64,000 bases of DNA from Tubiluchus corallicola (taxonomy: Eukaryota; Animalia; Priapulida), in assembly GCA_030141605.1 (NCBI GenBank), contig JAQGDQ010000410.1, positions 124,001 through 188,000 of the forward strand, read 5' to 3'. Numbering within the stretch: position 1 is the stretch's first letter; each line of letters begins with the position of its first letter. Below, one piece after another: positions 1-9,063 of this stretch. A program made the translations under genes and the position numbers. Under the pieces are notes generated by a model, which had not been told where the DNA came from, searched no databases, and saw only the letters and a program-made list of their open reading frames with translations.

Positions 1-578
1 ATAGTTGGGCTAGTCCAGTTTATGCTAGCCCTGGGTATAAAATGATCTAGGCTAGAATATACCCCCTAGCCCAGAATATACCCCTCTTTTCCAAATCAAA
101 TAACTTATTATTATTTACTTATTTTTTATTATTATCTTACTTTTATTATTTTTATCATTTTTACTAGTAAAGTGGTATTGCCCATGATCCCACATAGTGT
201 ATCAAATGTAATTCCAGGAGTGCAAGCACAAAATAATTTAACATCTATATCAATGAAAGACTGTTTTATTCAGCACCAAACAACTAAAAGCTTATCTACG
301 TGAATATTAATATAAGTGTACATTCGATGACAGTTACAAAAAATTATTTTCCATGCTACCATTATAATTATAGAATAATTGAGTTTAGCTCTCTGTATCT
401 GAAGTAGGTATTACAAGTATTACATACAGTCATGGTAACTGTCTATATTAACAGTATTTGCAACTCCAAAGCAAAAAAATGTTTTTATAGGGTATATACC
501 CCGGGGATTTATTCTGGGCTAGGCTAAACTATACCCGGGTATATTCTGGAGGGGGCGTAATCTGGGCTGTTACACCGG
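1..578. mobile_element. MITE-like non-autonomous DNA element, left end cut by window start
   Basis: GC-rich subterminal repeats (ctagccc/gggctag, atatacccc/gggtatat) occur at 1-85 and in mirrored orientation at 490-578 around an AT-rich core; the block ends abruptly at ...ctgttacaccgg. Family not assignable. Confidence 0.5.
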
Positions 579-1205
579 CATTTAATGTTTTAACATTAAT
601 TAGAAACTACTAAAGCTACAAAGTTGTCAAAAGTAAATGTACTGTAATAATTACACCATAAAATTTCAACTTTGCAGACTACTTGTTTCTAATATTATTG
701 TAATCTATCAATCGGCACATTTTCCCTGCGCCACTAGATATAATGTTTATAATTTTGGTAAATCTCGGGAGGCTGACCAGATAACTTAGGGCCTTTCACC
801 ACTCCTATATTATAAATTCATAATAAGTTTATACTATTACAACCAGAGCTTTAATTTTTTATTTGCCCTGTTGTACTAACCTTATATCATAATGGTGAAA
901 ATTCTAATTCTAATTTTGAATGGACGTCTTTATCACGATTCTTAGAAAACACAACAATTAAGGAAGACCATGCCTGCTCAGGCAACGTACATTAAAATGC
1001 TTAAAACCTTTACATACCTGTATTAATGTTAATCTGTGTGCAAAAAAACAAATGGAGCTAAAAATTACACAGTTGTCAATAAAGTCCAAATTGTAGTAAC
1101 GATATGATAATAAGACAGAAAAGTAAAAATGAAAACAGTACTGAAAACCGAATTTATTATAGTTGTAACACAGATACGTACCTAATGGTTTGCAACCGAA
1201 TCGTT

Positions 1206-1937
1206 TTAGCATGTGTATTCGAGAGTTAGATAAAAGTTCAAACTGGGGTATCCCTCGGAACAGCATGGATAGTGAAGAACATTTCGTTCTCCAGTAGTTT
1301 GCACAACATGCCAGCAGTGATGCGGCGTGTATTCAGAGATGTCAAATCCTTCTGTACCTTCGTAAAGATGCAGATCCATCAAAGTCTCATCGTAGGTCCA
1401 CGAACCTACTCTTACAGAAAACGTTGTGGTTTCTTCAAGGGAAAAGTGGGAAGCGTATACTCTGAACTGAACTGGTGGGACCCAAAGAGCTCTCCCGTCC
1501 GAATAGACAATGACTTCTGTATGCTGGTGGTGGGGAAAGTAATCAACGTCCAACCCATTAAACAAGCTCATGTCTGGAGTCCATATTTGCTTTTCGCAAA
1601 ATTTAATTCTCTCAATTCCATCATAATGCTCCGGATCCCATCTCAGTCTATGGTCATGCCATTGTAAGGTTGCCCAGCCAAGCAATGTCAACTCTTGACT
1701 GCCCGGATTTACGTTGATGTGCTTCAGCGCAACCCTGAAGTCGACATTTACTGGCGCCTTGTCCTCTCTAATTGGAATAGCACGCTTTTCGTAGTGATGT
1801 TCCAGATCTTGAAAAAGTTGGTAATATTGGTGTTCTTCGACATGATCTAATTCATCGTCGTGATCATGCCTAGCTATGTAAGCTGACGCAGCAGCTACTA
1901 AGCCAGCAAACAGCAAAACAACCAGTATTTTACTCAT
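1206..1937 (-). CDS. Secreted AChBP-like protein A (nAChR-alpha-type ligand-binding domain, no transmembrane domain), 243 aa, intronless
   Basis: True ATG at 1937 (MSKILVVLLFAGLVAAASA signal peptide); the ORF track start at 1970 is a GTG. Motifs: LGW (loop D), WHDHRLRWDP, IWTPDMSLFN (loop A), LWVPP, GSWTY (loop B), HYPCCSEGY (loop C). Stop where TM1 would begin; AATAAA at 1158-1153. Confidence 0.93.
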   Translation of the reverse strand: MSKILVVLLFAGLVAAASAYIARHDHDDELDHVEEHQYYQLFQDLEHHYEKRAIPIREDKAPVNVDFRVALKHINVNPGSQELTLLGWATLQWHDHRLRWDPEHYDGIERIKFCEKQIWTPDMSLFNGLDVDYFPHHQHTEVIVYSDGRALWVPPVQFRVYASHFSLEETTTFSVRVGSWTYDETLMDLHLYEGTEGFDISEYTPHHCWHVVQTTGERNVLHYPCCSEGYPSLNFYLTLEYTC

Positions 1938-2009
1938 CTTAGTTGCTCCTGTTAGCCAAAGCAGAAACACTCCTTAACAAGTTTGTAGTCTGCTGGGGAG
2001 CTTCCTGGT

Positions 2010-2233
2010 TATTGGGTTAGATTCTCCACGAGTTCCGCTTTTGCTGGCTTTCTCAGGCACGGTAGTTTGGCTTCAGAAGTGCCCACGTGATCTCAGAACT
2101 TTCAGCTTGTTCGTTCCTGGTCCTCCTTATTGGGTTAGATTCTCCACGAGTTCCGCTTTTGCTGGCTTTCCCAGGCACGGTTGTTTGGCTTCAGAAGTGC
2201 CCACGTGATCTCAGAAACTTTCAGCGTGTTCGT
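2010..2233. repeat. Near-perfect tandem duplication of ~110-117 bp just upstream of AChBP-like gene A
   Basis: ttattgggttagattctccacgagttccgcttttgctggctttc...gtgcccacgtgatctcagaa..ctttcagc occurs at ~2010-2115 and ~2127-2233. Each copy contains CACGTG. All three minus-strand frames have stops. Confidence 0.9.
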
Positions 2234-2548
2234 GGTCCTCATTCTATTTGTAATTTTGTTCTTGGCTTCTTTTTCAAATGCACACGTTTTTGCCACCAAC
2301 TATTTTGATAATAATTATTTTCAACACCGTGTGTTTTTAAAAATATTTTTCTAAAGCTTATCTTTTATTTACAACAAATGAACGTGTCTAACCTATTTGT
2401 ATTATGTTTCACTGAAATTTTTTAGCGTACGTTTGTAAATTTGTGTACAGTTTAGGTTAAGTAGCTAGTTGAGTTTATTTAAAGCCACCTTTGTAATTTA
2501 GTTCTGTTGTTTGTACTTAACTGTATTATACCTACCTGCAGTGGTTCT

Positions 2549-3283
2549 TTATTCACATCCCGGTTTAAGTTGTAGAGATAGGTTGAAATTTGCAGAAGCA
2601 TATGGCTCAAGACAACATGGATAGTAATCCACTTTTACTGCAGAGTTATTTTCCACGAGCTCCCAGCAGTGATGTGGCACGTAATCAGAAAGTTCGATTC
2701 CCTCTCTCCCACCGTAGAGCTGTAGATCCATTTTTCCAGCATCGTATGTCCAAGAACCAAAGTGGACAGTGAAAGTGAAGGGCCCTTCCAAAGAAAAAAG
2801 TGGAGCATACACTCGTAACTGAGCCGGTGGTATCCAAATAGCATTTCCGTCGGAGAAGATGATGATATTCACAGAGTGGTGAGGAAAACGGTCAAGATTC
2901 AAACCGTTATACAAACTCATATCTGGAGACCATATCTGACTTTCACTAAACTGAACGTTAGTAATTCCATTGTACTTGTCAGGGTCCCATTTCAGTCGAT
3001 GATCACGCCATTTTAGGTTTGCCCAGCCCAACAGAGCTAGCTCCTGGGCAACCCGATCTACTTTGATGTGCCTGAGTGTAAAACCAAACTCGACTTTTAC
3101 TGGTGATCCATCGTCTCCAACTGGAATGGCACGCTTTTCGTAGTGATGTTCGAGATCCTTATACAACTTAAAGATACCGTCGTGCTCCTCCTCATGCTTA
3201 GTATCATCTCGATATGTTTTTATTACTGCAGAAACAAGAGGTACCACTGTAATAAGCGTTAAAACAATTAGTATCTTCTTCAT
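2549..3283 (-). CDS. Secreted AChBP-like protein B (paralogue of A), 244 aa, intronless
   Basis: Signal peptide MKKILIVLTLITVVPLVSA; motifs LGW, WRDHRLKWDP, IWSPDMSLYN, IWIPP, GSWTY, YYPCCLEPY; no TM segment; AATAAA at 2479-2474; collinear with paralogue A. Confidence 0.93.
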   Translation of the reverse strand: MKKILIVLTLITVVPLVSAVIKTYRDDTKHEEEHDGIFKLYKDLEHHYEKRAIPVGDDGSPVKVEFGFTLRHIKVDRVAQELALLGWANLKWRDHRLKWDPDKYNGITNVQFSESQIWSPDMSLYNGLNLDRFPHHSVNIIIFSDGNAIWIPPAQLRVYAPLFSLEGPFTFTVHFGSWTYDAGKMDLQLYGGREGIELSDYVPHHCWELVENNSAVKVDYYPCCLEPYASANFNLSLQLKPGCE

Positions 3284-3382
3284 ATTAACAATGGTTCGAT
3301 GAGTTTCCAGGCAATAACTACGGTTGTGTCGAGGCAGTTCAAAGTCGTGGAAAACTCTAGCGGATATTCAAGGCCCACCTTC

Positions 3383-3391
3383 TATATATAA
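3383..3391 (-). promoter_or_regulatory. Putative TATA box of AChBP-like gene B
   Basis: Minus strand reads tTATATAtag about 100 bp upstream of the ATG at 3283. Confidence 0.45.
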
Positions 3392-3810
3392 CTTCGTTTT
3401 CTTGCAAGGCGTTCAACGGGCACCGATGAAACGAAAATGAACAGCTTTGAAATTTACGGTTGTGCGGGTATTAATTGTTATTTGTTTTTCTTAATTATTT
3501 TTAAACCACACATTGCACCAAAAACTTCTGCGTATCTAGTTTCGTCCTACACTGAAGACGTTAACAAAATTTTCACCCTCTACAACTATGATGCCTTCAT
3601 CGGGATTAGGGCACGCAGCAAGATAGACAGTTTAACATAAAAAAGAAAACCAAAGAAAATGATTCGAGTACAGTTTATATTTAAATTCAAATGTATGTTT
3701 TTTGCTATTGGACGACTGGGTATTGACATTCAGTTTATTTACAAAAACTAATACTTGCCAAGATTCTTGAATTAATAACAATTACTCTGAGCGTGTACAA
3801 AAAGCGCACT

Positions 3811-6800
3811 CTACCTGCAAGCTGAGTAAACGGCGTCGCAGAACTCCTCACACACTTTCAGATACTGGAATATGTAGAACTGATTTTGATTTGGTGCGCA
3901 TATGTAGCACATAAGAAAATTCAAGTGCCGAGTGCAGTCTGCGGTGGCACCTTTCAGTGGTTGCATTGTTTCAAATAATATCTGTAAGCAAAAATAACAC
4001 AAATCAATAAAATTATAAGAACTGCTTCAAGGCACTAAATGATGACACAAACTCAACATTAATTAAATTTTGATACCTAGCTTGAATGTGAAAAGATTGG
4101 ATAAAGCCTGGATTTGAACCACGGACCTTCTGCTTTCAAGGTATAAGATTTGAGGCTACAGCTCCGACGACGACACCGTTTGCGGCGATCTATACATCAA
4201 ACGAAAGGTCTCGATCTAGTGTCGTGCCATTGGGGGTTTATTTTTCGAATCGGGCCCACCGGGACGAACGGGGGGCGAAAAAGTTCTAGTAGCGCCTGGT
4301 GGGACTCTCGGAAGGAGATATATAGCTCTTTAGAAAGAGGTAGAACAGGGCTACAAGATGATGTGGGCTATATTTTAGGACACGTCCACCAAGAGGAGTG
4401 CCGGCGAGTTAGTTAGATATTCTATTTTCGGCAATTTTTGCTTGAAAAACTGCTGACGCAAAGCCATTGTTCTGACGTCATCCATCATACTCTGTCTATA
4501 ATCTTATAACTTTAATTCAGTAAAAGCTGCTACTGGCTTTGCATTGTAAATGAGGACTATGTAGGATGTTCGCGTATTATTGATTATAAGTGGATTTATA
4601 AGCAAATTTTTTTGCGGGGCCTTTGCTAGTATAGAGTTAAAGGCGATAAATTCAAATTCAAAAGTCTTTGACCATTTTTCACATTAGTATGTAATTTGTG
4701 GCCGAGGAACTCGACCCAAATTGCTACTCATATTCTTCTGGATGTTGTTTATGTTGTCGTCATTGTTACTGCTGTCACTGTTGTTGTTGTTATTGGGGAT
4801 GAACTTTTGAAAAAAGCCCAATACCTTATACTTTGCGAATTTGCAATAGGTGGTCATAAAATTTCATACGAATATACTAGGAAGCATTCTGCTTTGATTG
4901 AGTCTAACGGGGTCGTATTTTCGATCCGCCATTTCGAATGGCGGCAATGACATTTTTGAAAAATCCTCAAGACTCTGCGAATTTGCCATAGGTCATCATG
5001 AAACTTCACAGGAATATACTAGGACAAATTCTGTATCGATAGACTGAGTAAGCTTTTCGACAAGCTATCTTCGATTGTGGGTATTGACGTCGTTTTCTAA
5101 TCCACCGTCTGAAGTTGAGTGAATCCCTCAACCAATAGTTCGAATTCAATTTGTTCTTTGACTATCGGTGGATTCACTGATTAAGTTGGAATCAGTTAAA
5201 AATGTAATAACTATAAAATTTAATTGAAAATCGTCTTAATAAATGAAAATCGATAATATGCCATATTTTATTGTGGACTTTGACGTCATCCACTGACTTG
5301 TGTTTAGTGAGACCCTTACCAACCGTTCAAGTTTAACTCGTTTCTTTAATTGTTTGGATTTACTCGCTTAGTAATATATATTCTTTATATATATATATAT
5401 ATATATAATCTCACATAATGATTGCTTTGCATGTAATACATAATAGGGTAAGTAGTGCTATTTACATTGGTATATACATTATGTTGCACTCAAAACCGTT
5501 ACAAGCTTTAAACCTATGCATTTATATTTATATCTAAGCGTTTCATATGCACTACCGTCAGAAAGTGCTGCATAGCAGTCTCTTCCTATAGTGAATCATA
5601 TTTTGAGTAAACTGATGAACTGCCATTTAGCTTAAACGATTATTTTGTGTTTTTATAAAGCTTGAGTTGTCAGAAGGAAACTTCAGTCCGACTATTCTCA
5701 TAAACATCAATATGCCCATAAGCCACTACAAACGTTTCAGCAATAATATTCGCCATCACCAGTGTAACCTAAAATGTGGAAAATAATTTGCCATAATTAG
5801 CGTACCCTATGGACTTTTTGGAAATGACATTTTGGTAAGCTAATTGTGGCTAATTTTACACATATTTGATTACACTGACGATATCAAATGTTATTGCCAA
5901 AACGTATTGTTGAGCATTATAATAGTTGTTCGTTGTTTATGGACCAAGAAATTTGTTTGGATTCAAGTAACAATGATATTTGTGATTGTTTTTGATGTTT
6001 ATGAGCTTGTTTATAAGGAAATGATAAGTGCTCCATAAACAAAAGTCAAGCAGTAAGCAGAGCTCAAATAACTTTAAGCGCATTTAGCAAAACGTTTCAG
6101 ATTTATGTGCAAAAGTCATCGTCATCATTAGTAATGAAACGTGTAAAAAAGAAAGGATCTATTTGGAATACGTTGTGTTGAAAAACGTTTCACACCAAAA
6201 GCACCTGTTTCACAATAGAGCCACAATATTAAATTGTTTCTCAACACCAGATGCAAAAGATAGGTCCAAAAGAACATGCTGCATAGGGTTTGATCCAACG
6301 AAAAAAGTCTGATTTACCAATGTTACACTAAGCAAGCTGTAAATAACGAAAAGTTCCCGCAACGTATTCTAACTACTGCTGTAACTTCAAGAACAAATAA
6401 GAATTTCAGAGCCTTTATGACTGCAGTTAATCGGTGCAAAATTCGACCTAGTGAAGTTTCGTAGCGATCCACTGGGAACTAGTGGAGCATTAGGCGTTTT
6501 TGCCAAAAGTCATCCCCAACAACAACAACAACAACAACAACAACATCCAGATGAGTAAAACAGGCCCAGATCCTCAACCAAAAACCTTGACTACACACAC
6601 TGCCGGAGAGTTTCACAACAGCGTTGGCAATGTAGCACTTTAGCAGAGTTAAGCCTGGAGCGATATCTAGCTACGTTATTAATAATTAAACCAGAAGAAA
6701 TGATGCACACATGGTCATCATGCTCAAACATTAACTGAGTGGGTGCATTTCTAGCAGCTCACCACCTCTCAGTATGGCAGTATGGCTTCATAATAGGATC

Positions 6801-9063
6801 ATTTCCTCTGAAAATGACGACTCCCATAGGAATGCTATTGTACAATTGCTGCAAGCGAGTGCCTGTAACACCTACTGGAATTCTGGCTTCATGACTTAAT
6901 TGGCAAAACCATTCAATCAGGAGCATACTAGGAGTATACTCGAATATTGATGTCACCTAACCTATACTAATCAGCTAAGCTAGCTGCTTAGTCTAATTGC
7001 CCAGCACACTGCTATACAGTTAGTGATTCGTCATACAGGGTAAATGTAATTGTGAGATAATTAATCAGACGAAACGTGATTAGCTTTTTAGCTTCTGTAC
7101 TACTGTAGTTGAAGAAACAGTGTTTTGGAACATTGGTTCAATCTAATAGATAAATTTCTGATTAAACGTATTTACTAAAACTGAAGGGTGGATAGCTTTC
7201 TGACAGATCGACTAGTCAGTAGATCAGTTGCGTGGGTACTGATCTGCTGATAAGGTTTTATTGGTTTGGTAGTTGTGCGGATGACTAGTAGAACAAATCT
7301 GTTAATTAGCTTGCATGTACTTTTGCTTTTAGCTGGTTTATCAGCAAGTTGATTAGTAGGTTGGTTGTCTCTTTGGTAGATTTGGTTGATCAGTCATATT
7401 TTACTAGGTGCTCCCCGGCGGTCATGTTGCTCGCGTGGAGGGGGGCTGCTTTACTTGGCTACCTGATTCTTAGGTTGGTCTGGTTAGTCGGATCAGATGG
7501 TTTTTCGGTGGATTGGGGAGACCATTTGATTGGTTAGTCGGCCACTTTCACTAGGTATGTTGAAAACATAGTTTCTCGAAGTGAATTCAAACGTTTCTTT
7601 TCGTTTGCAAAAAGAGACATGTATGCATCTAATTAAGAATTGGAGGTTGTAGAGATTCAAAGCCGTAAGACAATCCTGTTCAGTGACTTGGGGTAATGAA
7701 CCTCCCTTTATACCTAGTTACTTTCTTTCTTCGTAATTGACAACCTGTCTTTACTCCTAGTTACTTTCTTTCTTCATAATTAGCAACCTGTCTTTACACT
7801 TAGTTACTTTCTTTCATCATAATTAACAACCTGCCTTTAATACTTAGTTACTTTCTTTCATCGTGATTAACAGCCTGCCTTTACACTTAGTTACTTTCTT
7901 TCATCCTAATTAACAACCTGTCTTTACTACTAGTTACTTTCTTTCTTCGTCTTAACAACCCGCCTTTACACCTGTTACTTTCTTTCTTCGTAATTAACTT
8001 ACCTTTGCTACTAGTTACTTTCTTTCTTCGTAATTAACAACCGTAAAATGATATGTGAATAGTCTAAATCCTCTTTGACTAGCTTAATAGTTAAAATTAA
8101 AATGGTGTAAAGTGCCTAGTTTCCTACCTGTGTGCACATTAACAGCGTTAGACTGAAACTATGTTAAAATGATGTAAAGTGCTATATTGAAGTTAAAATG
8201 TTAAGTTTTTATATAGTTTACTATGTTATTAAAGATAACGTGTGTGTAACGTCTTTACTAAAACTGTATATGTTACATTATCATTATCGTCGTCTCTAGT
8301 GCAATAGACATATCATGATTGCCTTTTAATTTTGTTTTTAGTTTTATTTTACAGAGTGAAACAGAGACGTAGTTAACACACACACGCGCGCGCGCGCACA
8401 TACACAAACATACATAAGCGCACGCTCTAAATAGTTTTCCAGCTTTTAACGTTAACGTTGAACGAGTAAATTAAAAAAATAAAAATTTCTGCATATTAAA
8501 ACAGTAAGGAGCAGGATTTCCGATAAGGTACTCCCCCGGTTGGTTTATTTTTCGGTGGGGGAAAGGGGCTTGGTTACCGCTTGGTTGCTTAGGTTGTTGA
8601 TTGAATGTTGGGCAACTAATTGTCTAGATGAAAACATTTGACTGCTGTTTGACAAGTTTCTGACTGAGGGTATCTAGCACATATAATACTGATGCCCACA
8701 ATCAGAAACTTATCAAACAGCAGTCAAAGGTTTTCATATATTATATCATATTATATCATATATCATACATAATGGTGTTATGATAGACCATAGCAGCAAA
8801 AGCACTACGAAAGTACTGTTCGCTGTTAAAGTTACATCACTATTAATTTTCTTTACCCTGATCTCGTTTGGCAAACAGCAACTTTTCTTTTTGTACCAGG
8901 TGCAATTCTGTAGGTCCTCTTGAGGTTCTGGGGCTCTGTTTCCAAAGTACGAGCAGAATTCATTCGGCTCGGCATGCGGCTGGGCTGCCTTAACCTCCGC
9001 CATACTAGCGTCGACTGATCGTAATTCAAAGTTCAAGAACAGAATGAAAATTGCAGGGAACAT
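3811..9063 (-). CDS. Secreted cysteine-rich protein of the folate receptor / riboflavin-binding / HHIP-N / NPC1-N fold family (at least 2 coding exons)
   Basis: Exon 1 9063-8857 (signal-peptide-like start, CSYF..NCTWY..SCC, donor AGG|GTAAAG, phase 0) joins in frame to exon 2 starting 3981 (ttacag|ATA): DCTRHLNFLMCYICAP..VCEEFCDAVYSACR. The Cys spacing C..C..CC..C..CxxC..CxxxC..C matches this family. It ends either at TAG 3813-3811 or at the donor AG|GTAGAG at 3815. Confidence 0.8.
4030..4165 (-). mobile_element. tRNA-derived SINE-like element
   Basis: Minus strand has a B-box GGTTCAAATCC (aagcagaaggtccgtggttcaaatccagg) followed by ...tatcaaaatttaattaatg...tttgtgtcatcatt, which is shared with the copies at 29035-29290. 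Confidence 0.6.
4693..5035 (+). mobile_element. Helentron-associated (HINE/DINE-1-like) non-autonomous element, copy A
   Basis: Head, then a degenerate (GTT)n, then ggggatgaacttttg, then two ~150-bp imperfect tandem units (tgcgaatttgc.ataggt..cat.aaa.ttca...gaatatactagga) with a ccgccatt/aatggcgg palindrome. The head is homologous to 6420-6585 in reverse orientation. Family assignment is inference from architecture. Confidence 0.5.
6420..6585 (-). mobile_element. Second copy of the 4693 element head with pure (CAA)n
   Basis: Reverse complement reads ...ttactcatctggat(gtt)n ggggatgacttttggcaaaaacgccta, matching copy A. Confidence 0.55.
7701..8043. repeat. Minisatellite, ~42-43 bp unit x ~8 (intron 1 of the Cys-rich gene)
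   Basis: Unit approximately cctgtctttacacttagttactttctttcatcataattaacaa, head-to-tail with no spacers. Confidence 0.92.
8628..8737 (-). other. ~110-nt imperfect hairpin (tiny MITE or pre-miRNA candidate)
   Basis: atgaaaacatttgactgctgtttgacaagtttctgactgagggtatctag ... ctgatgcccacaatcagaaacttatcaaacagcagtcaaaggttttcat: ~49-bp arms with a short loop. Confidence 0.75.

Noticed and set aside
1938-1970. N-terminal extension of AChBP-like A in the ORF track
   Set aside because: It starts at GTG; the ATG at 1937 aligns with the paralogue start and begins the signal peptide.
1272-2844. ORFs overlapping the AChBP-like genes on the antisense strand or in alternative frames (likewise those overlapping Tob and the RasGEF genes)
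   Set aside because: Shadow ORFs of real coding sequence with no motifs of their own.
4095-4165. Possible tRNA gene (also at 29150-29210)
   Set aside because: Only a B-box/T-arm is recognisable, with no cloverleaf, and the shared non-tRNA tail indicates a SINE.
7701-8043. Regularly spaced ~42-bp repeats resembling a CRISPR array
   Set aside because: Units are contiguous with no unique spacers, there are no cas genes, and the context is a eukaryotic intron; it is a minisatellite.
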